Of a DNA stretch of 64,000 bases, positions 17,527-26,819 are shown piece after piece. The notes under the pieces are model-generated. The model was given only the letters and a program-made list of their open reading frames with translations, was not told where the DNA came from and ran no database searches. The position numbers were made by a program, and so were the translations under genes. The DNA comes from a virus. Each line of letters opens with the position of its first letter. Positions within the stretch are counted from its first letter, which is position 1. Location: IMG/VR virus record IMGVR_UViG_3300026097_001210, positions 1 to 64,000 of that record. The stretch is one strand, 5' to 3'.

Positions 17527-20500
17527 ATGGCTGAAGCACAAGCCAATATAAATCTGAATCTAAATACCTCTGGAGCCCTCGCACAATTGCGAGCGCTCCA
17601 GAGGCAGATTTCTTTGTTTCAGCAACAAATGGCTCGTGGGAATGCCAACACTGTTGCCCAAGCTCAGGGCATGCAGAGAAACCTTCTTAATAGCATAAAC
17701 TCTACTGGCCAGTTCGCAGCCAGTATGACGACGGTATCCACAGCTACCGAATCTTTTACTAGTGCACTTCAAAAAAACAAACTCTCTATGGGGGAGTACT
17801 TTAGGTTTGCTGGCGGGGCATCTAAAAACTTTGGTCGTTTCTTTAGAAATGAAATGAATCTTGTTGGCAAAGTTGCCAGGGAAAGAGTAAAAGACCTTCA
17901 AACCCAATACATTAAAATGGGTCGAGACACTAACGGAGCCATGAGGGCTATGGCCGTTAGGCCACTAACCCTTGATATGGAAAATCTTGCCACTAGGACG
18001 GCAATGGCTGCTCAAAAACAGCAAATATTCAATCAGCTTATTCGTCAAGGATCAACCAATCTTCTAAACTGGGGTAAGAATACTCAGTGGGCTGGTAGAC
18101 AGCTTATGGTTGGTTTTACTATTCCGCTTGGAATAATGGGTGCAACAGCCATTTCTGAGTTTAGAAAACTTGAAGAGCAAGCGGTTAAATTTAGACGTGT
18201 TTATGGAGACATGTTTACCACCAGCGCTGAAACAGAAAAAGCTCTAGACAACATTAGAGAACTCGCTGATGAATTCACAAAGTATGGTATTGCTGTTGAG
18301 AAGACAATTGATTTAGCCGCAAAAGTCGCCCAGATGGGTAACATGGGCGACGCCCTCGAACAACAGGTAACTCAAGCAACAAGACTTGCTGTTTTGGGTG
18401 GGCTAGAGCAGCAAGAAGCACTAGACACCACAATTTCTCTTACTAATGCTTTTGGTGTTGCAACAGAAGATTTGGCTAGCAAGATTGCCTTTTTGAATGC
18501 CGCAGAAAACCAAACAATTCTTGCCATTGAAGACTTTAACGAAGCGATTCCAAAAGCTGGTTCTGTTGTTCAACAGCTTGGTGGGGACGTAGAAGACCTT
18601 GCATTCTTCCTTACTGCCATGCGAGAGGGTGGAATTAACGCCAGCCAAGGTGCAAACGCTCTAAAGTCATCTCTTGGTAGATTAGTAAACCCAACCGAGG
18701 TTGCCAGAAAGAAAATGGCAGAGCTGGGAATTGACATCGTCGGCATTGTTGAAAATAATGTCGGTGATTTGCGCGGTACCATTATGGAGCTTGGTTATGA
18801 GCTAGATGCCTTGGCCCCACTTGACAGATCTAGAGCTATTGAACAAATGTTTGGAAAGTTCCAGTTTGCTCGAATGTCTACAATGTTCCAAAATATTGTA
18901 AAAGATGGAAGTCAGGCACAAAAAGTTCTAGAGCTTACTACTAACAGCTCCGAAGAGCTTGCTATTTTGGCAGAGCGCGAGCTTGCCAGGGTAGAAGAAT
19001 CTCCAGCATTCAAACTACAAAAAAGCTTTGAGCAACTTAAAGCATCTCTTGCCCCACTAGGTGAGCAGTTTGTTAAAATTGTTACCCCAATTATAGAGTT
19101 TGGTACAAACATACTTGAAAAGTTTAACGCTATGGGCGAAGGTGGAAAACGTTTTGCCACTATTGCGATTGCCTCACTTGGTCTTGTTGCCCCAGCAGCA
19201 TTGATGATTATTGGTCTTATTGCCAACGGTGTGGCAAACTTGGCAAAATTCTTTACCATGCTAATGAGCGTTGGAAAGCAGGGGTCAACATCAATGACTC
19301 AGCTTGGCGCACAGACACAGTATATGACTCAAGAACAAATTGAAGCAAGCGCTGTAGCGGCTTCTCTTAATAATTCTCACGAAAGATTGCGACAAACATT
19401 TACATCTGAAGCAGCTGCTGTTAGAAATTTGACAACCGCATACCAACAAGGAATTGGGGCACAAAGAGCTTTTGCATTTGGTCCTGGACGCGGCCCAGCA
19501 AGAGGTAGGACTGCTTCTGGATTTGCAGAGGGGGTTGTTTCCGTACCTGGTCCAAAAGGCGCGGGGGACATAATTCCAGCAATGCTCTCCCCAGGGGAAG
19601 CAGTTATTCCAGCAAAGATGGCTGAAAAATATGCGCCATTTATTAGTCAAATGATTGAAGGTACGGTTCCTGGATTTATAAAAGGAACCTTTTTAACAAA
19701 TAAACAGGTTGCAGATGAAAAGTTTTATAGCGCTCCAAGGTCTGTCTCTCAACAGGCGTCGGAAATGCCAGCCTGGTCAACTGAGGCCGCGGAGGATGAA
19801 TTTCTTGAAAGACTAGCGGCAGAAGAAGGGTTGTCAGAACAACAAACCAAACAGTTAAAGAGAAGACAAACTTCTCACATTGAAAAAGACACATCTCCAG
19901 TTGAAATTGGTGGCCAGAAGGTTGAAATGAAAAACTGGAAAGCAGACAACCTTATGCTTGACAAGGGGGCAGTTAACAATTTTCAAAACAGCCTAGAGCA
20001 AAGCGGTGGAGTACTAAAAGACCTGTCTGATTCAGACATTGGCAATATCGCAAAAGAAGCAGGGACGAGCTTTAAAGACACCAAAAAAACTTTAGAAAAG
20101 TTTGACAAGGGAATTGCTCCAGCAACCAAAAAAGAAGCAAAAATAATGCAAAAGGTTGCCGAAAGAAAAGCAGCCGAAGCTGACGCAGCCTATAAGGCCG
20201 AAGAAGCTAAAAAAAGACCAAACCAAAGAAACTTAAGCAGACTGAGAAATCAAAGATATCAGGCTAGGGCAGCCGCGGGAGTGCTGCAAGAAAGGCTTAA
20301 GGCACCAACCGGTAAGGGTTTTTATGATACAAAAGATCAAAGGTCTTATGACCCTAAAAAAGATGCCAAGGCTGATCAGGAACAAAAAAGAAAAGTAGAC
20401 AGCTTAAATCGCAAAAACGAAAAGCTAAAAGAAGAAAACAGCAAAGCCATAAAAAAGAATACGCGGTCAAAGAAAAATTCAACTCGGGCAACTGATAAGA

Positions 20501-23500
20501 ATACCGCGGCCACTCAAAAAGAAGAGGCGGCAACGAAAAGGTCTGTTGCCGCAAAGAAGGGGTGGGAAACTAGGCGAGCAAGAGCTGCCGCAACATCAGC
20601 CGCATCTGCCCCAAGAGATTTAAGTGGCGTTACTAGATTAACTTCTAGACAACCAGTTTTGGCTTATGCTGGCGGTATGCCAGAAACAAGCCCAGCACCA
20701 GCAGCACCAGGAAGATTTAAAAGATTTATGTCTGTTGGTAAGGGTAGCGGCGGTATGGGTATTGCCATGGGTGCATCTGCTTTGGCAATGGGCGGTTCTA
20801 TGCTTCCAGGTCAAATAGGTCAAACTGTTCAAAAGCTAATGCCAGCAATTATGGGAATTTCAATGCTTGCCCCAATGATCGGTATGCTTGGAGCGCCACT
20901 AACTGCTTTAATTGCTGTTGTTGGTGGGCTAACCGCTGCTTATTTCTTGCACAAGAAAGCTATTGAGGATACCGCCAAAGAAACGTATGAATTGCAAAGA
21001 GCGCTGGGTACCAGTAGAACAGCAGTTCAGTCTTTGGCAGAAGAGGCGGGGAGGGTAACAGACAGAGAGCTTGTTGAAAGGCAACAACAGGACAGATTTG
21101 ACCCATTCCAAATTGCAGCGGGTAAAACCACTTTCGGTGAAAACTTTGCAGAGGGAGAAGCTGGTCAAGAGCTAGTAAGTAACATTAGAACATCACTAAC
21201 TGATTTGGGAAGAGACCAAACAGTTATAAGTGTTTTCCAGCAACTTGGTCAGGCCGTAGGAGAGGGTGCTCTTTCTATCCCAGAAGCCAGAAGTATCGCC
21301 ACAGAGCTTGGAGATCAAATTGACGATATGTCATTTGGTATGGAGGTTAATGCAAACTTAATGAGGCTGCTTGGCCCAGGGGGAGAAGACCTAACCGCTG
21401 GGGACAGACTAACAATCCTTGCAGACCTTAGAGAGGATCGAGAAAGAACCAGAGAAGAGATGGATCTGGACTATGAAGCAACCTCTTATGGGGATATCTT
21501 CGATGCTGAATCCGAAGCCAATGAAAGGCTAGGAGAAATAATTGAACAAAGTGGTAGCATGCTTGGCGCAATGGCTACTTCTGGAGAAGCCTGGAAGATT
21601 TGGTGGGGTGCCATTACTGGCACTACCGCAGCTCAAGATAATATAAAGCAGATGTCTACTATTTTAGCTCAAGGTGTCAATGACGCCGATGCATACGCTT
21701 CAGAAATGGCTGCAATAGAAGTAGCTTATGGCGAGGACCTAGAAAAAGCCTATGCTATGGGAGATCAGTACGAAATATCAAGACTTGAAAGAGAAAAGAG
21801 CGATGCGCAAAGGGAGCTGGTTGCTCAAAGGAAACAAGATCAAGATCAAATTTTATCAGAGCTTGGCGAAGATACTTCAAAAGCCAGAATAGCCATGAAG
21901 CAAGCCCTAGAAGTTGATTTTGCTGGTGACGAAGCCGCCCTAGCTCAATATCAAGGGGCCTTAAAACAAATACAAGAGCTGGGCCTGTCTGATCAAAAAT
22001 CCTTACAGTTAGAATATATGCTTACTTCTGGTGACATGGAGTTTTCAACTGCAATGGCAATTGTAGAAAATTATGAAAAATTACCAAAAGTTTCCAACAA
22101 AATATTAGAAATTCAAACCAAGCTTGGCGGAGATTTTGGCAAAAACGCATCAGACTTATTCAATATATTCAATGATCTAGATGAAGCATTAGCAGAAGAA
22201 TTTGTTTTGAGTCTAGACACCAGAGATCTAGATGAGTATCAAAGACAAATTGAAGGATTTGGTGCAATTTCTAGGATTACTAACCTTTTTCCAGAAGGGG
22301 AAGAAATTCTTTTAGATTTGGCACTTAAAGACCCAAGTGTTTTAGATGGAATTGTAGAAAGAACTAGCAGAATAGAGGCTTTAGATAATGAACAGATTAC
22401 CCTAGACTTTATTGCTAATACATTTGGAGACGAAGCACTCGCTGCAGCAGAAACTATTTGGTCAGATATACCAAAGGAAGATAGAAAAGACGCTCTTTAC
22501 AGTATTTTAACAGCCTTAGACCTTCAGATGGGAGAAGGATTCGACGATCTTTTCTCATCACTAGAAGGGCAAACAATTGCTGGGGTGACAATTAGTGAAC
22601 CTGGAGACATTCTTTCCCTTATTGGAGCAAGAACCTCTGGCATAGCACAAGGAAACAGAGAAGCTGGCGATGGTGAAGATGAAATAGAGGCAGCAGGCGG
22701 CAGCGCCAAAAAGCTAACCTCTATTATGGATGACCTAGTTAAAAAACTAAGAGACGTTAGACTTAGCACAATCTTAATGACAAACGGATGGGTTGAATCT
22801 GCGAATAAGCTAGAAGAGCTTTTTGGAGGCGGCAGGGGTATTTCTGTATTCAGAGGTCTAGAACAGGAAATGCGTAGCCTTGGTGCAGGCGAAGACCTAA
22901 TTGACCTAATTGTTGGAATGGATCCTGAAGAGTTTGAAAAGAAAAAAGATCAGCTATTTACTTTTGATGCTGCTGGAAATATTACTGGAGCAACAAACAT
23001 TCTTGCCAACATGGGCAAAGCGCTAGATGCAATTGCTCTTGGAGACTTCCAAAGTGAACAGGAAAAGGTTGTTAGAACTATAAGTGATCAAATTATCGCA
23101 ACAAGAAAACTTACAGCTGCTGGATTTAGCCAAGTTGAAGCCTATGAGGCAGTCCAGGATGCAGCTTTTGCTGCGGCGGTAGCTCAAGAAAAAAACAAAG
23201 ATGTAATAAGACAGCTCGTAAATGTAACAAAAGAAGCAAAAGAAATGACTGAGGCTTTTGCCGCTGCTCAGGCGGTAGCTTCATCAAATCAAGAATTTGT
23301 TGACAGAGGTAATGCCATAGACTTTATTGCTAAAAATATTGAAAACCTTACTGAAGCACAAAAACAATTAATTATGAGCGATAGCAATGTTCAAGCATTA
23401 ATTGGAACTACCGTCGATGCAAAGGCGCTTAGGCAGGCATTGGCTAATGCTGAAAAAGAAGCACAGCTTGAGCTTAGAATTAAAAAGCTAACATTTGAGG

Positions 23501-26229
23501 GGCAGATAGATATCTTTGAAGAAGGATTTAGTAATGCTATGGAAGCATTTGCTGTTCAAGAAAAAGAAATCGAACTTGATTTTAAGATTAAAAAGCAGCC
23601 ACTTATTGACGCCATAGAGGCGGCAGAACGACAAATTCAAGACATTCGTGATAGACCAGGGGGACTAGATGATCTTGAAGCAGACCTTAGCAGAATTTCT
23701 GATAAAGAGGAAGAGCTTAACGAAAGATACGACGAAAGAATTAAAGCACTCGAAGAAGTTAAAAGCATTAATGAAGCCGTCGCTAAGCTACAACAAAATC
23801 AGTTAGATGTAGCAGAAGCTTTGTCCCGTGGTGACATTGCCGCAGCGGCCAAAGCTGCTCAACAAAGAAGACAGCAGTCAGCAAGCATAGCTGTAGAAAA
23901 TCAGTCAAAGCAAATAGAGCTACAAAGAGAAACAGAGCTTGCCAATCTTACTGCTAAGACTGGTCTAAACAGAAAACAGCTTGAAGAGTCAATAAAAACA
24001 CTTAAAGATGAAATTTTTGAAATAGAAGAAAGAACTATTGAGCCAGCACAGTATAGGCTAGAACTTCTTGAAAGAGAGCAGCAAGAGCTTATTGATGGGG
24101 TTACCGTTCTTGGAAAAACCAGGGACGAGTGGGAAAGAATTAAAAACAACATTGATCTTGCAAAGATTAGTAGTGATAGCTTCCAACAAACCATGCAAGA
24201 AGCACTAGACATTGTAGAAAGCATTGTTAATTATTGGAATGATTTTGACCCAGACCCCAAAGAAATACAAATTACAGAAAAGGTTGTAGAAGAAAGAGAA
24301 CCACTTGAGCCAGTAGCTACGGTGGTGCCAAAAGATACCCAAGACGGAACTGGTCCTGGAACAGAAAAAGAGGAAGAAGAAGAGAAAGAAGAGTATGAAT
24401 GGCCAGGGGAGGCAGTGGGTTGGCGACCACCAATGCTTCCTGGTTACGACCCAAACGCACCCAGTCTTCCAGGAATCAGGCCATGGGAATTCAGAAAATA
24501 CGGACCACAAAACCCAAGGCAGGCGGATGGATCTTTCCCAGAAGAAGAAGCAGGAAGAAGAAGAAGAAATAATTCCTTTGATGTTCTTGGTGGGGTTCCA
24601 GAAGGATACTATCAAAAACCAGGAACTGATCCTGGTCCTTTTGGAGACCCAGCGCTGGCCTTGACCGAATACGAAAAGAGACTACTTGGACAGGCAGGAT
24701 CTTCTAAAACAAATATTAATGGCTCTGACGCCAGTGCCGGTGGCACGGGCGGATATGACCCACTAACTGGAAGATACAATCCACAATCTTCTATAGCACT
24801 ACCAGGAGGGGGACCAGCAGGTGTACCCTCAGCACTTTCTGGTGGTCAAGATTTTAATGCTATAGTTTCACAAATTACTCAGGGTCTAAGTGCTAAACTT
24901 CAACAAGTTCAAAACGATACCGCTGAAACAACCAGGGTAATGCTTCAACACTTTGGACAATTTGGAATTACAGCCCCAATCTTAATGCAAACAATTCCAA
25001 ACTTTATTAACAAAATTCCAGAACAAAGCAGGGTAGCTATTTTGGAAAATGTTCAAGGACACTTTAATACACTATCTATAAACGCTAAAGAGACTCTTAA
25101 TCAAATACCCGACTTCTTCACAAGGTTACCGGAAATAAGTCAGCAAGCCCTTCTTGAGCAAATGAACTCTCAGTTTGGCCAGTTTAGCAATCAAGCGTTA
25201 ACCGATTTGGGTGGAATTAACGAGTGGATTTCGGCACTTCCAGCAGACGCCCAAGTTGCGGCATGGGATATCTTGTCCCAACAAATTTCTAAATTAGCTG
25301 TCGATGCTGAGGGCAATTTAAATGAAACTATCTTTAAGTTTTTCGACGTGTTACCCGAAAACGTACAGGGTCCAATTGTTGAAGAGCTTGGCGCTCAAAT
25401 TCAAACAATGGCTAAAAATGCGGGTATGAGTGTTGACCAGTACATCACTACAAAATTAAAGGATTTGCCAGAAGAAACAAAGCAAATGCTGGTAGATGGA
25501 ATTCAGGGAAATATAACAGAGGCCTCGGAGGGCAGCGCTGAAGCCATTACAACTTATATTCCTGGTGGTTTGAATGAGGTAAGCGAGTCGGGCAGTACAA
25601 CAGCTTCTGGAATTGAAGAAGACTTTGAGAATGCCTCTATTTCTGCTGTAGAAAATATTGAGACTATTAAAACACCCTTTGAGGCCCTGGCTGCATACAT
25701 TTCAGACGATGGAAACGAGGGCTTTACTGGAATCTTAAACAAAGCATTCGATGATGCCAAAAACAATGGTGTTTCTGCGGCAGGGGATATTAAGGATGCT
25801 TTTGGTTCTGCTGGTAGAAAATTTGCCTCAGAGTTTAAGGGTAAGTTTAGTGATTTACTGGACAAGCTTGAAGGAGTCAGGGTAGACGGAGAAAAAATTG
25901 ATATTGATAGAAATGGCTTCAACAAGGGAGGCCTTGTTCCTGGAATAGGAAGCACCGATATTATTCCAGCTTCTCTTACCCCAGGAGAGTTTGTTATAAC
26001 AAAATTTGCTACTAAAAACTTTGGAATAGAAAACCTTCAAGCAATTAATGATGGAAAATTTCCCGTTGCAGCTATTGACGTACCATCAAGCAAGGATATA
26101 AGCTATAATAATAGTTATCAAATCAATGTTAACGTCAAGTCTGATGCAAACCCAGAGGACATAGCAAGAACAGTGGTGCAAAACATTAAGAGAGTGGATA
26201 GTCAAAGGGTTAGGGGGAATAGGATTTAA
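17527..26229 (+). CDS. Tape measure protein (2900 aa)
   Basis: TP901-type core (AFLNAAENQT..., GANALKS), TM segments, long coiled coils, C-terminal DIIPASLTPGEFVI and NVNV..PEDIAR motifs. Confidence 0.92.
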   Translation: MAEAQANINLNLNTSGALAQLRALQRQISLFQQQMARGNANTVAQAQGMQRNLLNSINSTGQFAASMTTVSTATESFTSALQKNKLSMGEYFRFAGGASKNFGRFFRNEMNLVGKVARERVKDLQTQYIKMGRDTNGAMRAMAVRPLTLDMENLATRTAMAAQKQQIFNQLIRQGSTNLLNWGKNTQWAGRQLMVGFTIPLGIMGATAISEFRKLEEQAVKFRRVYGDMFTTSAETEKALDNIRELADEFTKYGIAVEKTIDLAAKVAQMGNMGDALEQQVTQATRLAVLGGLEQQEALDTTISLTNAFGVATEDLASKIAFLNAAENQTILAIEDFNEAIPKAGSVVQQLGGDVEDLAFFLTAMREGGINASQGANALKSSLGRLVNPTEVARKKMAELGIDIVGIVENNVGDLRGTIMELGYELDALAPLDRSRAIEQMFGKFQFARMSTMFQNIVKDGSQAQKVLELTTNSSEELAILAERELARVEESPAFKLQKSFEQLKASLAPLGEQFVKIVTPIIEFGTNILEKFNAMGEGGKRFATIAIASLGLVAPAALMIIGLIANGVANLAKFFTMLMSVGKQGSTSMTQLGAQTQYMTQEQIEASAVAASLNNSHERLRQTFTSEAAAVRNLTTAYQQGIGAQRAFAFGPGRGPARGRTASGFAEGVVSVPGPKGAGDIIPAMLSPGEAVIPAKMAEKYAPFISQMIEGTVPGFIKGTFLTNKQVADEKFYSAPRSVSQQASEMPAWSTEAAEDEFLERLAAEEGLSEQQTKQLKRRQTSHIEKDTSPVEIGGQKVEMKNWKADNLMLDKGAVNNFQNSLEQSGGVLKDLSDSDIGNIAKEAGTSFKDTKKTLEKFDKGIAPATKKEAKIMQKVAERKAAEADAAYKAEEAKKRPNQRNLSRLRNQRYQARAAAGVLQERLKAPTGKGFYDTKDQRSYDPKKDAKADQEQKRKVDSLNRKNEKLKEENSKAIKKNTRSKKNSTRATDKNTAATQKEEAATKRSVAAKKGWETRRARAAATSAASAPRDLSGVTRLTSRQPVLAYAGGMPETSPAPAAPGRFKRFMSVGKGSGGMGIAMGASALAMGGSMLPGQIGQTVQKLMPAIMGISMLAPMIGMLGAPLTALIAVVGGLTAAYFLHKKAIEDTAKETYELQRALGTSRTAVQSLAEEAGRVTDRELVERQQQDRFDPFQIAAGKTTFGENFAEGEAGQELVSNIRTSLTDLGRDQTVISVFQQLGQAVGEGALSIPEARSIATELGDQIDDMSFGMEVNANLMRLLGPGGEDLTAGDRLTILADLREDRERTREEMDLDYEATSYGDIFDAESEANERLGEIIEQSGSMLGAMATSGEAWKIWWGAITGTTAAQDNIKQMSTILAQGVNDADAYASEMAAIEVAYGEDLEKAYAMGDQYEISRLEREKSDAQRELVAQRKQDQDQILSELGEDTSKARIAMKQALEVDFAGDEAALAQYQGALKQIQELGLSDQKSLQLEYMLTSGDMEFSTAMAIVENYEKLPKVSNKILEIQTKLGGDFGKNASDLFNIFNDLDEALAEEFVLSLDTRDLDEYQRQIEGFGAISRITNLFPEGEEILLDLALKDPSVLDGIVERTSRIEALDNEQITLDFIANTFGDEALAAAETIWSDIPKEDRKDALYSILTALDLQMGEGFDDLFSSLEGQTIAGVTISEPGDILSLIGARTSGIAQGNREAGDGEDEIEAAGGSAKKLTSIMDDLVKKLRDVRLSTILMTNGWVESANKLEELFGGGRGISVFRGLEQEMRSLGAGEDLIDLIVGMDPEEFEKKKDQLFTFDAAGNITGATNILANMGKALDAIALGDFQSEQEKVVRTISDQIIATRKLTAAGFSQVEAYEAVQDAAFAAAVAQEKNKDVIRQLVNVTKEAKEMTEAFAAAQAVASSNQEFVDRGNAIDFIAKNIENLTEAQKQLIMSDSNVQALIGTTVDAKALRQALANAEKEAQLELRIKKLTFEGQIDIFEEGFSNAMEAFAVQEKEIELDFKIKKQPLIDAIEAAERQIQDIRDRPGGLDDLEADLSRISDKEEELNERYDERIKALEEVKSINEAVAKLQQNQLDVAEALSRGDIAAAAKAAQQRRQQSASIAVENQSKQIELQRETELANLTAKTGLNRKQLEESIKTLKDEIFEIEERTIEPAQYRLELLEREQQELIDGVTVLGKTRDEWERIKNNIDLAKISSDSFQQTMQEALDIVESIVNYWNDFDPDPKEIQITEKVVEEREPLEPVATVVPKDTQDGTGPGTEKEEEEEKEEYEWPGEAVGWRPPMLPGYDPNAPSLPGIRPWEFRKYGPQNPRQADGSFPEEEAGRRRRNNSFDVLGGVPEGYYQKPGTDPGPFGDPALALTEYEKRLLGQAGSSKTNINGSDASAGGTGGYDPLTGRYNPQSSIALPGGGPAGVPSALSGGQDFNAIVSQITQGLSAKLQQVQNDTAETTRVMLQHFGQFGITAPILMQTIPNFINKIPEQSRVAILENVQGHFNTLSINAKETLNQIPDFFTRLPEISQQALLEQMNSQFGQFSNQALTDLGGINEWISALPADAQVAAWDILSQQISKLAVDAEGNLNETIFKFFDVLPENVQGPIVEELGAQIQTMAKNAGMSVDQYITTKLKDLPEETKQMLVDGIQGNITEASEGSAEAITTYIPGGLNEVSESGSTTASGIEEDFENASISAVENIETIKTPFEALAAYISDDGNEGFTGILNKAFDDAKNNGVSAAGDIKDAFGSAGRKFASEFKGKFSDLLDKLEGVRVDGEKIDIDRNGFNKGGLVPGIGSTDIIPASLTPGEFVITKFATKNFGIENLQAINDGKFPVAAIDVPSSKDISYNNSYQINVNVKSDANPEDIARTVVQNIKRVDSQRVRGNRI

Positions 26230-26819
26230 TGACAAGTCAAAGTTATTTAGAAGGTCGTAAATCTTATGGTAGACCCCAAGCAATGCTTTTTTCCAATAAT
26301 CCTGGATCTATTGAAAATGGCTTTTATGTCCCAGATGGCACAGAGTTTGAAGATTTTCTTATTCTTTCAGATCATAATCGTGACCCAATTAATTTTACTC
26401 ATCAAAGAATTGAAAACAGGTTAAGAACCATTAACGGAAGGATGAGGTCTTATCATATTGCAGATAAGCTTTCTATATCTACTAGTTGGCAGAATTTACC
26501 ATCCCGCTCCGCTTCGTCAAGGCTAATTATTGACCAGGAAAGCGGTCAAACCTTTATTGGCGCAGATGATCTTTCCTACATTGTTGATAACGGTGCAGCT
26601 GGTGTAGACTTGCTAAATTGGTATGAAAATAACCAAGGATCTTTTTGGGTATTCTTAGCCTATGATAAGTTTAACAACTTTAATAATGATTACAATAAGT
26701 TTGGCCAATACAATGAAATACTAGAAGTTTTCTTTGTTGATTTTCAGCACGAGGTTGTTAAACGAGGACAGTCATCCCATGACTTTTGGAATATATCTTT
26801 GACGGTGGAAGAGGTATAA
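26229..26819 (+). CDS. Distal tail (Dit-like) protein
   Basis: Directly after the tape measure gene; RTINGRMRSY, WNISLTVEEV end. Confidence 0.65.
   Translation: MTSQSYLEGRKSYGRPQAMLFSNNPGSIENGFYVPDGTEFEDFLILSDHNRDPINFTHQRIENRLRTINGRMRSYHIADKLSISTSWQNLPSRSASSRLIIDQESGQTFIGADDLSYIVDNGAAGVDLLNWYENNQGSFWVFLAYDKFNNFNNDYNKFGQYNEILEVFFVDFQHEVVKRGQSSHDFWNISLTVEEV

Noticed and set aside
17560-26283. Many short minus-strand and alternate-frame ORFs inside the tape measure gene and other long genes
   Set aside because: Fully nested shadow ORFs with no motifs or translation signals
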